Shown: positions 8,274 to 17,197, counted from the first letter of the stretch. The stretch: DNA of 22,356 nucleotides from an uncultured archaeon (GCA_964549075.1 CAZJUB010000040.1:1-22356); one strand, 5' to 3'. A program made the numbers and translations. The notes: generated from the letters alone by a model not told the origin.

Positions 8274-9554
8274 GTGAGTCCTATTTCAAAAAAGAAATGT
8301 CACATATGTAACTCTACCTATCCAGATAAAGTAATATTCTGTTCTGTTTGCGGAACAGAATTGGTAGATGATACAAAAAAAGCATCTAACGATATCGATT
8401 CTCCTTTAGATCTCCCTTCAGGCCACCCCAATTCTAAGATTTACTTTAGAGACGAACCTTTAGACACTAAACCAGTTGATGGGGGATTTATTACTGATAA
8501 AACTCAGTATGCTTGGAAGGTCTCTGAGGAAATCGTACCATTCAAAATGAAAAGCCAAATTAGTTATAGTGATGGTTTTAAGTCTCCTAGACTAGATATC
8601 AATCGTTTCAAACAAATATCTTTTCTAGACGGATTCTATGTGGGAAGCATTAATTTACTTAACTCCTTACTTTTGATCCTTTTCGCTAGTCTTGTTCTAT
8701 TGACAACTATGAAATTATTAGCTTTAAATTGGTTACCAATTTTCCTTTCTGTTGTTATAGCTTTGCTGTATTTTGGGCTCTCCTATCTAAGTTTCTTCAA
8801 AACAGCTCAAGTGATTTCAGATTGGGAAAATCAACCTCTGAATATTACTAAAGCGAATTTCTTATCCTTTAGTTTTATCCAAACTGTTCATATAGGAATA
8901 ATAAGTACAATTTCTGTTGTCAGTATGAAGATATTCTTCCCCAATACAGACCCTATTAGCTCATCTATCTCGATTTATGTCCCTTCTATTGTTATCATTT
9001 TACTAATTGCCTTTATCTCACCAACATTTCATATAGCTAAGATCTTATCTCTTCTACGTAATTCTGGAATTATTCAGAATTTTCTTGATGCTGTTCAGTT
9101 TCCAAAAATAGGCCTCAAAAGAACCTTGGAAGTAGCTATTTTCTCTTATATTGTACCTGCATCTCTGCTGGTATCTATATTCTCATCTGCATCTCACTTG
9201 GTGTCAGCGATTTTGTCTCCAGAAAGTACAACTACTATTGCAGTTTGGGAATACATAATTGTTAGTTTTGTCACTTTAATTCTCGCAATTAGTTTAACTT
9301 ATATCAACTTCGCAGATGTAAACACTTTCCTTTTCTATGAACAGAAAATCAAGCAGTACGTTGAACCTCCAAGCCTGAATTGGGTAAAGAAAGCAGGTCA
9401 TTTCTCACAAGAAAATGATGAAGATATCTCCAATGAGTTTAGTGATTCAAATTACGGTTTAGTTACTAAGAATGAAAGATGTTCAGCTTGCTCTGCAATA
9501 TTGGTGAAAGGTGCAGAATTTTGTACTGATTGCGGTAAAAAAATTGTAAGATAG
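8274..9554 (+). CDS. multi-pass membrane protein with N- and C-terminal zinc ribbons
   Basis: CHIC...CSVC at the N-terminus, CSAC...CTDCG at the C-terminus, about 6-7 hydrophobic segments between. TTATATAA lies ~25 bp upstream of the GTG. Confidence 0.85.
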   Translation: MSPISKKKCHICNSTYPDKVIFCSVCGTELVDDTKKASNDIDSPLDLPSGHPNSKIYFRDEPLDTKPVDGGFITDKTQYAWKVSEEIVPFKMKSQISYSDGFKSPRLDINRFKQISFLDGFYVGSINLLNSLLLILFASLVLLTTMKLLALNWLPIFLSVVIALLYFGLSYLSFFKTAQVISDWENQPLNITKANFLSFSFIQTVHIGIISTISVVSMKIFFPNTDPISSSISIYVPSIVIILLIAFISPTFHIAKILSLLRNSGIIQNFLDAVQFPKIGLKRTLEVAIFSYIVPASLLVSIFSSASHLVSAILSPESTTTIAVWEYIIVSFVTLILAISLTYINFADVNTFLFYEQKIKQYVEPPSLNWVKKAGHFSQENDEDISNEFSDSNYGLVTKNERCSACSAILVKGAEFCTDCGKKIVR

Positions 9555-9563
9555 AGATTTCCT

Positions 9564-10334
9564 CTATTCTTCATGTTCATGTTGTATTGTTTGGACAATT
9601 TTCTTGATGATTGTTTGAATTGTATTCAATCTTTCTTCAATTACATCAATTCTTTTATTTATCTCATCGATATCTTCTTTTGTTACTTCAGAGGTGCTTG
9701 TGATATTTGCGAGTTTCCTCTCTTCAATAACAATGCCTTTCTTTTGTTCTCTTACATCAATAATATCCTTACTTTGTTCAGGAGGAACTGCATCTTGAAT
9801 GTTGTTAGCTTCTAAGAGTTTGTAAGCTAAGATATCAAAAGTTTCTTGGATATTCTGTCCAGTTAAAGCACTGGTTTCACTATAGTAGAAGTGAATTCCT
9901 GTTTCAGCATCTAGACGATTACAAAACTCAAGAGCCATTTCTCTAGAAACTCTTCTTTTCTCTTCTAAATCCACTTTATTAGCAATTATGAAATAAACAA
10001 GAATTCCATTATTAGCTCCTTCGATAGCTTCTTCCAACCAGTTTGATAGATTGGTCATGGTTTTTGGATCTTGGCAATCAAAAACTAGAATCGCAGCTGT
10101 AGCACCTTTGTAAAAAGTACTTCTCACAGCTTGATAACTGTCCTGACCTGCTAAATCCCAGATTTGAAAAGCAATTGAATCTTCCTCTTTTTGAATTTTC
10201 TTTGATGCGAAGTCTGCTCCAATAGTTTTCAAATAACTAGATTCAAATCCTTTTCCCATATATCTCTCACGAATGGAAGTCTTTCCGACAGCTCCGTCTC
10301 CAGCAAGCACTACTTTGAAATTCCATTTTCTCAT
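9564..10334 (-). CDS. Rab/Ras-like small GTPase with C-terminal coiled-coil extension
   Basis: G1 GDGAVGKT, G2 KTIGADF, G3 WDLAGQ, G4 NKVD, G5 ETSA. Start at ATG 10334 (GGTGA RBS, 13 bp after the upstream stop). Confidence 0.93.
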   Translation of the reverse strand: MRKWNFKVVLAGDGAVGKTSIRERYMGKGFESSYLKTIGADFASKKIQKEEDSIAFQIWDLAGQDSYQAVRSTFYKGATAAILVFDCQDPKTMTNLSNWLEEAIEGANNGILVYFIIANKVDLEEKRRVSREMALEFCNRLDAETGIHFYYSETSALTGQNIQETFDILAYKLLEANNIQDAVPPEQSKDIIDVREQKKGIVIEERKLANITSTSEVTKEDIDEINKRIDVIEERLNTIQTIIKKIVQTIQHEHEE

Positions 10335-10347
10335 GTTGTCACCAATT

Positions 10348-11043
10348 TCATCTATACTGTGATAACTCTTCTTCAAGTTCATCGATTTTAGCTTGAGCTT
10401 CCAATAATTTTTTCTGGAAAGTAATTCCTACTTCAGCTTGAGTTTTTTCGAAATGTTCTTTTGCATCATCAAGTTCTTTTTTCATCTTTTGCCTATCTTC
10501 TCGAGCACTTTTTATTTCTTCACTCTCGCGAACTTCTTGAACTGCTTTCTTTAGTAATTCTTCTAAACTAGTTTCTGAGATATTCGCTCCTGAAGAAAGT
10601 GTTAATTTCATAGCTCGTATTTCTTCATCAGAAATTTGAGGTTTATTTGATAAAAGATCATTTACTTTCTCATCTAGAGCTTTCTTTTCAACCATTATAT
10701 CTGCCAGTTGAGATTTTAATTTCCTATTATCTTCAGAAAGTTCAGAAGAATTTTGCAATTCTAAATCAAGAGAGCGTCTTAGATGTTCTAAATCTTCAGA
10801 ACCTTCACCGTACTGATTCATATATCTTACAACCATGGTGAGATATTCTCTAACCATGGGATGCAAAAGTTCCCAATACTGGACTAATTCTCTTTCTACA
10901 TCTTTTAATCTCGCATCCTTTTGTCCTGGAGGAAGTTTTGTAAAAACAGGACTGTCAATGTTAACAGATGAATAATAATCAGGAATATAGTCGTAAATAG
11001 TTTCGCCTTTATACTTCTTTGGTTTAGACATAGAATAACCCAC
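10348..11043 (-). CDS. coiled-coil hypothetical protein, apparently co-transcribed with the GTPase
   Basis: E/K/L heptads over the C-terminal two thirds. Alternative start ATG 11031. Confidence 0.8.
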   Translation of the reverse strand: MGYSMSKPKKYKGETIYDYIPDYYSSVNIDSPVFTKLPPGQKDARLKDVERELVQYWELLHPMVREYLTMVVRYMNQYGEGSEDLEHLRRSLDLELQNSSELSEDNRKLKSQLADIMVEKKALDEKVNDLLSNKPQISDEEIRAMKLTLSSGANISETSLEELLKKAVQEVRESEEIKSAREDRQKMKKELDDAKEHFEKTQAEVGITFQKKLLEAQAKIDELEEELSQYR

Positions 11044-11118
11044 AAAACTCTTTTCCTATACAAAAATAAACATTACGAAAGTATCGCACATTTAATTTTG
11101 AAGAAACTCAGATAAGAA

Positions 11119-11394
11119 TCAATTACTTGAGCTATTTTTCTTCTTTCCATTCATCCATCGAAAACTAAAAGCTGCTTTCAAATTCTTTCTATCTAAGAAT
11201 ATCTCCCCTATATCTAGATAGTTGTTGGTTATCGTCTCTAAAGTTTTTTGATCTATTTTCATTTTACTCAATTTTTCAAAAAGAATTTTTCTCATATGGC
11301 TTTTTCTTTTTCGTTTTTTTCTTGCGTACCAACCTAATTTAATCCGAATAATGACCCCATAAAATAGCGCTTTAATAAAACTCAATATACCCAT
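11119..11394 (-). CDS. small basic hypothetical protein with hydrophobic N-terminus
   Basis: AAGGTG upstream of the ATG; RKKRKRK patch; C-terminal helix motif similar to the upstream gene product. Confidence 0.7.
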   Translation of the reverse strand: MGILSFIKALFYGVIIRIKLGWYARKKRKRKSHMRKILFEKLSKMKIDQKTLETITNNYLDIGEIFLDRKNLKAAFSFRWMNGKKKNSSSN

Positions 11395-11433
11395 TATTGC
11401 ACCTTAAATTCCGTTGATATTAATCTATTGATT

Positions 11434-11748
11434 TTAATCTTTCTTTCTGAGAACTGCTGCGAAACGATCAACATTTGCCGAATATTCAATAATAATTTTT
11501 TCAGCAGTTTGTTTAGTAATACCTTCTTCTCGAAGCTTGTTGTAAATGTGTATGAGAGAATCAGCAAATGTTTCAGCAACATCTACATTGTATATTGCAC
11601 CAAGAAATTGTTCAACTAGAGGACCAATCTCACCTGACAAAACTTTAACGATATCTTTGGTTTGTGAAAAATCTTTGATGGTTTCTTTTTGTTTGTCAGC
11701 TTTTAAGTCATTGATGCTCTGTTTCTTTTTTTTACCTTTCTTAGCCAC
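11434..11748 (-). CDS. small helical hypothetical protein
   Basis: GGTGAT RBS before GTG 11748 (ORF track start 11766). Motif IYNKLREEGITKQTAEKIIIEY resembles small conserved archaeal proteins. Confidence 0.75.
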   Translation of the reverse strand: MAKKGKKKKQSINDLKADKQKETIKDFSQTKDIVKVLSGEIGPLVEQFLGAIYNVDVAETFADSLIHIYNKLREEGITKQTAEKIIIEYSANVDRFAAVLRKKD

Positions 11749-11820
11749 AAAATCACCATACTTCAAGTTTACAACAGTGTGAAGTATAAAACGTTTCCTC
11801 TCCAGACTACCTTAATGTGT

Positions 11821-11861
11821 ATAATAAAAAATGAGAAAAAGAGAAAAACAGAAAAACAGAG
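11821..11861 (-). terminator. U-rich terminator-like tract downstream of the CDP-alcohol phosphatidyltransferase gene
   Basis: Minus strand reads ctctgtttttctgtttttctctttttctcattttttatt just after the stop. Confidence 0.45.
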
Positions 11862-11869
11862 TCTAACCA

Positions 11870-12583
11870 TTATTTCGGGACTTGAACATCTTTTGCTGCT
11901 TCTGCCTTAGTTAATTGAATCGAGACATAAGCAAATCTTTGAATGACGGTAATTACACAGAGTGCAGTTAGAATCATGTAACCTATAGAGAAGTAGGATA
12001 ATCCCCATACTGCCAATATGCCTTCACTTGGCGGATGTGTAAAACCTTGATTGGGTACTAGTATACCAACGAACATCAGTATCATTAGCAACATAACTCT
12101 CTCTCCTCTTTCCATTATACCCACTGTCATATTTTTAACACCTATACTCTCACCTTTAGCTCTAATATAACTGATTAGAAGAGTTGAGGCAACCATTACT
12201 ATTCCAACACTAATGTCTATCACAACTCCTTTGGTGATTTCTCCTCCTAACTGAGTAAAAGCAATATAGATTGGTCGGATTATTATTGCACCAAAAACTG
12301 CAACATCACTAGCCCTATCTGTAAAACTATCTATGAAAGAACCTTTCTTTGAATCTAGTTTATTATATCTTGCAACACCACCATCGATGAAATCCATAGC
12401 ACCAGCAAACCAGATAATTATAAAAGCTGTCAAGAAGTTATCAATTGCTATAAAAACAGCTGATGTAATGGATAATATTAGTCCAATTATAGTGAAAACA
12501 GTTGGGTGAATACCAAGTTTTGCAAAGAAAATGATTAGTGGTTGAACTATCTTTGAAAGTGGTTCTCGTATCTGCGATATCAT
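11870..12583 (-). CDS. pgsA: CDP-alcohol phosphatidyltransferase (archaetidylinositol phosphate synthase/PgsA-like)
   Basis: Signature DxxDGxxAR...GxxxDxxxD (DFIDGGVAR...GSFIDSFTDRASD); HPTVFT; SYIRAKGE; ERGER; TVIQR. Confidence 0.9.
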   Translation of the reverse strand: MISQIREPLSKIVQPLIIFFAKLGIHPTVFTIIGLILSITSAVFIAIDNFLTAFIIIWFAGAMDFIDGGVARYNKLDSKKGSFIDSFTDRASDVAVFGAIIIRPIYIAFTQLGGEITKGVVIDISVGIVMVASTLLISYIRAKGESIGVKNMTVGIMERGERVMLLMILMFVGILVPNQGFTHPPSEGILAVWGLSYFSIGYMILTALCVITVIQRFAYVSIQLTKAEAAKDVQVPK

Positions 12584-12722
12584 TAGCTAAATCACTTGTA
12601 TCGCAAAAGTTTTTTAAGTTTTCTGTAATCTGTATAGTTTTATTTCTTATTGCTTTCTACTTTTTTATGGAATGAATCTGTATGAAATAACCCTATAAGA
12701 GATGATGTTAAATTTGGGTAAA

Positions 12723-13166
12723 TTAAGATCCAATAATATTGAGGATTTCTTCCATTTCTTGGATTTTTATTAAAATAATGTTAGTAGTACGTCGTTTATT
12801 TGTATCACTAACCATATCATAGGAATTCTGGGAGAATCTATTTCCTATGATTATAGCACCATCACATTTCATATCATTAATTTGATGCTCTGTACGAATT
12901 ATTGTGTTGGTTCCAATACTTTTTTTCCAATGATAAGCAAAGACAGCATACTTCTGATCTTGACTCTCCACAATATAAGGTAAAATTCTGCTATGTGAAT
13001 CTATTGATTCTTCTCTGAGTTTCTGAACTTTGCCATACCTATTGAGGAATTTTCCAACCTTCTCTTGAAATCCTTTTTCTTCCATTTCTCTCAACTGAAC
13101 ATTTTTGTCGGAATATTTGATTATTGGTATCCCTAAAGTATTACAAGTTAAAAAACTATCTGTCAC
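12723..13166 (-). CDS. restriction-endonuclease-like (Mrr_cat-type) fold protein, catalytic residues absent
   Basis: FQEKVGKFLNRYG.V, W..SIG, GAIIIGNRFS, IILI..E pattern; the expected D...Q/ExK motif is replaced. Alternative start ATG 13085. Confidence 0.6.
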   Translation of the reverse strand: MTDSFLTCNTLGIPIIKYSDKNVQLREMEEKGFQEKVGKFLNRYGKVQKLREESIDSHSRILPYIVESQDQKYAVFAYHWKKSIGTNTIIRTEHQINDMKCDGAIIIGNRFSQNSYDMVSDTNKRRTTNIILIKIQEMEEILNIIGS

Positions 13167-13178
13167 AAAATTAACTTA

Positions 13179-13493
13179 TTAACGTCTAGTTCTCATTTGA
13201 AGTGTATCTTCATCTTTTTCTTCTTCTTCAGGAGGAGCAGAGTGTTTGCGAGATGATCTCATCGTCAACAGAATGATTCCAACACCTAAAACTCCTAGAG
13301 AACTGAAAAGTGCGATTATTTGATCTTTCCAAATTGTGTAGTAAAGGACTAGCAAGACTACACCTACAGCAAGAATTGTATAATTAATTATTTGGTAAAA
13401 TAATCTAAATCTTGGTCTCTCCATTAAAGGAAGTAATTTTTCTTCTGGTATTTCTGGTTGATTCTTTTGTGATTGCTTTTTTTTTGAACTCAT
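13179..13493 (-). CDS. small two-TM membrane protein
   Basis: Two hydrophobic helices between charged termini; 12-bp gaps to both co-oriented neighbours. Confidence 0.75.
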   Translation of the reverse strand: MSSKKKQSQKNQPEIPEEKLLPLMERPRFRLFYQIINYTILAVGVVLLVLYYTIWKDQIIALFSSLGVLGVGIILLTMRSSRKHSAPPEEEEKDEDTLQMRTRR

Positions 13494-13505
13494 ATCTTTT
13501 ACCCT

Positions 13506-14027
13506 TTACATTAACATTTTCGAGAGCATTTTTGAGATTAGATTCTCGGGTGATATTATTAGTAAATTATATATCTTAACTTGTGGATAATTGAGGTAAC
13601 TGAAATGTGATGTAGGGACGTACAAGATATTCCAGAGTAAAGCCCAAACAGCTACTGCAGTTATGAAATACTGGAAAATTGCAGAAGTAAAATATTGACG
13701 AACTTTAATGCCTGTCTCTTCTTTTCTGAGATAAAGGAACCAACCAACTGACAAAGCTATATAGATAAGCAATAAAGTTAAACCTGCGGGCCAATTAGTA
13801 AAATTAGTTAAACCAAAAATTAACCCAATTGTGATACCAACTATCAATTTAGACCAATAAACTTGGTTCATTCGTGGCATTTCATTTATTTTTACTTTAA
13901 TGTTCTTCGGTTTCACTCCCTCTTTTAAGTTCTTAAAAAACCTCACAAATGAATTCTTAATAGAATTTATCATTCGTTTGAATAGATTTTTAATTCCACT
14001 GAATATTTTGGTTATATCAAATCTCAA
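13506..14027 (-). CDS. EMC6/Rab5ip (OPTI/RAB5IF)-like three-TM membrane protein
   Basis: VYWSKLIVGITIGLIFGL...W...Y...FTSAIFQYFITAVAVWALLWNIL matches the recalled EMC6/Rab5ip pattern. GGTGAT RBS supports TTG 14027 (track start GTG 14036). Confidence 0.65.
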   Translation of the reverse strand: MRFDITKIFSGIKNLFKRMINSIKNSFVRFFKNLKEGVKPKNIKVKINEMPRMNQVYWSKLIVGITIGLIFGLTNFTNWPAGLTLLLIYIALSVGWFLYLRKEETGIKVRQYFTSAIFQYFITAVAVWALLWNILYVPTSHFSYLNYPQVKIYNLLIISPENLISKMLSKMLM

Positions 14028-14046
14028 ATTAATCACCGTGATTTAA

Positions 14047-16059
14047 ATGAAGACATATCTTTCAAGCATTGATATTGCAGCTTTAGTTGCGGAAATCCGC
14101 CCTAGGATTATTGATAGTTGGACTAACAATATTTATTCAATCGGGAAAAATCTGGTTATATTAAGGTTTCGTAAATCGACTGAAAGTCCGTTTGAACTTG
14201 TTATAGATTTAGGGAAAAGATTTCATACAACACAGTTTTTTAGAAAAAAACCTGCATCACCTAACAATAAAGTTCTATCGATGAGAAAACATATCAGGGA
14301 TTTGCCAATAAAAGATTTTTATCAAAAAGATTTAGACAGAATAGTAGTATTTGAAATAGCTTATAAAGACAGTTTTTATAAATTGATTGTAGAGTTATTT
14401 GGGGAAGGAAATATAGTTCTCGTAGGGCCAAATAACAAGATAATACTTGCTTATAACTACAGAAAAATGAAAGATAGAGATATTCATCCAGGTAAAGATT
14501 ATCAGTATCCACCTTCGTCAGAAAAAAACATTCTGAATTTAGATGAGACAGAAGCTTTAGCTTCAATCTCCGACTATAAAGGAAAAGTTGTCAATTGTTT
14601 AAATGAATTAATGGGATTGGGACCTGTGTATTCTAAAGATGTTATTACAAAATCTAGAATAGAAAAAACAACTGTAGAAGAAATGGATGAGGAGGATAAA
14701 CAGAGACTTATATCTGAAGTGAAAAAGCTACAAGATATTATTATTAACAAAAAATTTGAGATTACTAAATACTTCGATGAAGATGAAGTGGTTGATATAA
14801 CTCCAATTCCACTATCAAGATATGAAGATTTAGAACAGAAGACAGTTTTATCATTTGATTCAGCTTTAGATGAATTCTTCTCTTCAGCTGAAGAAGAACC
14901 TGAGTTTGTTGAAGATAAAACAGAAGTTTCAGATAAAATGAGTAAAACACAAAAAATCCTAACTAACCAAGAGAGACATCTTGAGACACTAAAAGATCAA
15001 GAAAGATTAGAAAAACAAAAAGGGGATCTTCTTTATGCGAATTTTGCTGCTTTGGATGAATTACTTTCTACAATTCTGAAAGCAAGAAGAGATGATATTA
15101 CGTGGGAGGATATTGAAGAAAAACTAAAACTTGCTAAAGAGAAAGGTATTCCTTCTGCTCAATTACTTGAGAAAATTACTCCAAAAACCAAGCAAATATG
15201 GGTAAAACTTGCCGATGTCGAAAAGAACGAAGAAGAGATAGTAGAATTAGATTTTACTCAAAATTTGACTGAAAATGCCAACTCATTTTATGAAAAAGCG
15301 AAAAAAGCTAGAAGAAAAATCCCCGGAGCAATAGCGGCAATTGAGAGAACAAAGAAACAACTTACTGAAATTGAATCTACAAAAGAGACCATGGAAAAGG
15401 AAATTGAAAGTAAACCTATGTTTGTAAAAAGAACTAAGAAATGGTATGAGAAGTTTCATTGGTTTATATGTGATGGTTTTGTAGTTATAGGGGGAACAGA
15501 CGCTAGAGTGAACGAACGAATTTTAAAGAGTTATCTAGATGATAATGACCTCTTCTTCCATGCAGATGTACATGGTGCCCCATATGTTGTTGTTAAAGAT
15601 GGTCAAAGCAATCTTAGTGAGGAATGTAAAAGAAATATTGCTATATTCGCATTGAATTATTCAAGCCTCTGGAAAGATAAAAAGCTAGTTGGAGATGTTT
15701 ATTATGTTTTACCCGATCAAGTTAGTCTTACTGCACCATCTGGACAATTTCTTGCTAAAGGTAGTGTGATGATTTATGGAGAGAAGAATTATTTTAAAAA
15801 TGTTGAAATTGAGCATTCGATTGGGTTCATTATTTATGATGATTATATACAAATTATAGGTGGACCTACTAAGGTAGTTGATTCTAGAACAGAATATTAT
15901 GTCTCAATCAAACCTGGGCAAATACAGAAAGGGAGAATAGCAACAGAAATTAAAGAAAAGCTCTACAAATTATGTCCAGAGGATGAAAAAAGCAAATTTG
16001 ATGTTATCACTATTAATGATATACTTCCGTTTATTCCAGGGGATTCTGAACTAATATAA
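14047..16059 (+). CDS. rqcH: ribosome quality-control factor Rqc2/RqcH (NFACT family)
   Basis: NFACT-N with DR (DLDRIV) and ELFGEGN; HhH GLGPVYS; coiled coil ENANSFYEKAKK; NFACT-R WYEKFHWF, GGTDARVNE, FHADVHGAP. Confidence 0.93.
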   Translation: MKTYLSSIDIAALVAEIRPRIIDSWTNNIYSIGKNLVILRFRKSTESPFELVIDLGKRFHTTQFFRKKPASPNNKVLSMRKHIRDLPIKDFYQKDLDRIVVFEIAYKDSFYKLIVELFGEGNIVLVGPNNKIILAYNYRKMKDRDIHPGKDYQYPPSSEKNILNLDETEALASISDYKGKVVNCLNELMGLGPVYSKDVITKSRIEKTTVEEMDEEDKQRLISEVKKLQDIIINKKFEITKYFDEDEVVDITPIPLSRYEDLEQKTVLSFDSALDEFFSSAEEEPEFVEDKTEVSDKMSKTQKILTNQERHLETLKDQERLEKQKGDLLYANFAALDELLSTILKARRDDITWEDIEEKLKLAKEKGIPSAQLLEKITPKTKQIWVKLADVEKNEEEIVELDFTQNLTENANSFYEKAKKARRKIPGAIAAIERTKKQLTEIESTKETMEKEIESKPMFVKRTKKWYEKFHWFICDGFVVIGGTDARVNERILKSYLDDNDLFFHADVHGAPYVVVKDGQSNLSEECKRNIAIFALNYSSLWKDKKLVGDVYYVLPDQVSLTAPSGQFLAKGSVMIYGEKNYFKNVEIEHSIGFIIYDDYIQIIGGPTKVVDSRTEYYVSIKPGQIQKGRIATEIKEKLYKLCPEDEKSKFDVITINDILPFIPGDSELI

Positions 16060-16081
16060 GTGTATAAGTTTTTTCTAAAAA

Positions 16082-16126
16082 TGACAAATAGTGTAAAACC
16101 TTTAAAATAACTTCAACTATTTGTCA
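16082..16126 (+). promoter_or_regulatory. BRE/TATA promoter bracketed by a perfect 11-bp inverted repeat
   Basis: tgacaaatagt (16082-16092) and actatttgtca (16116-16126) enclose gtaaaacc-tttaaaat. Confidence 0.55.
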
Positions 16127-16152
16127 ACATAAGAATATGGAAGGTTTGCAAA

Positions 16153-16746
16153 TTGAAATCAATTTTCGACGAAAAAAAATTCGACATGGCTGTAAAAGAA
16201 ATTATGACAAAGAATGTATTTACAGTTTTACCGGATACTTCAGCAGAAGTGTGTGCTAAGTTGATGATTGAAAACAGAATAGGCTCTGTTGTTGTTTTAG
16301 ATTCAGATGGGAAATCAATTGGGATTATTACTAAAGAGAATTTGATAAAACACGTCATTGCAGCAAATAAAAAAGCAGATGAAGTTAAAGCTGAAGAAAT
16401 GATGTCATCGCCTCTGATAACAGCATCTCCTTCATTAACAATAATTCAAGCTATGCAAACCATGTTTAAGGACGGTATTAGACATCTAATCATAGTAGAT
16501 AAAAATGGACAATTAAAGGGAATATGTACTGACACAGATATTTTCAAAGTTGTACCTCAGCTAATATTACTAGAACAAGAATATCTCAAAGTAATAGGTG
16601 AGGAACAGGCTGAATCTAGCGATGAGGAGGAGATCGCAGGATATTGTGATGATTGTAAGGAATATTCTGATAGTTTAGTCTTCAGCAAGGGACAATATCT
16701 CTGTAAAAACTGTGCTTCTGATGAGATGATAGAAAGTCATGTCTAA
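16153..16746 (+). CDS. CBS-pair protein with C-terminal zinc ribbon
   Basis: VKEIMTK...IGSVVV...GIIT; MSSPLIT...IRHL...GICTDTD; C-terminal GYCDDC...LCKNC. Confidence 0.9.
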   Translation: MKSIFDEKKFDMAVKEIMTKNVFTVLPDTSAEVCAKLMIENRIGSVVVLDSDGKSIGIITKENLIKHVIAANKKADEVKAEEMMSSPLITASPSLTIIQAMQTMFKDGIRHLIIVDKNGQLKGICTDTDIFKVVPQLILLEQEYLKVIGEEQAESSDEEEIAGYCDDCKEYSDSLVFSKGQYLCKNCASDEMIESHV

Positions 16747-17197
16747 ATTCTATACGGACTCTATGTTAGGAAAATTAGCTCGTTTTTTACGTTTTTTAGG
16801 TTATGATACCCTCTATAGAAGAGAACAAACTGTAGACGAGATGCTAGAAGCATCTAAACAGAATAATCGTATAGTTGTATCTAGCTCAAGAAGTATTATT
16901 CAATTATGTAAAAAAAATGATATCCAACAAATTTATTTAAAATCAACAGAAGTTTCTGAGCAGTTAAAAAGTATTAAAGATAAATTTGATTTGAATGTCA
17001 TTTATCCCCCAATAAATATGCGTTGTAGTGTGTGTAATGGCTCTTTGACTAAACGAAGCAAAAATGAAGTTATTAATCGAATTCTCGAAGGAACTGCTAA
17101 AAATTATGAAGAATTTTGGGAGTGTGATTCATGCTCCAAGATTTTTTGGTTAGGAAGTCATTGGGAAGATATTAAAAAGACTATTGCAGAACTATAA
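16739..17197 (+). CDS. Mut7-C RNase (PIN-like) domain protein with Zn ribbon
   Basis: FYTDSMLGKLARFLRFLGYDT; RCSVCNG; CDSCSKIFWLGSHW. 8-bp overlap with the CBS gene. Confidence 0.88.
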   Translation: MSKFYTDSMLGKLARFLRFLGYDTLYRREQTVDEMLEASKQNNRIVVSSSRSIIQLCKKNDIQQIYLKSTEVSEQLKSIKDKFDLNVIYPPINMRCSVCNGSLTKRSKNEVINRILEGTAKNYEEFWECDSCSKIFWLGSHWEDIKKTIAEL

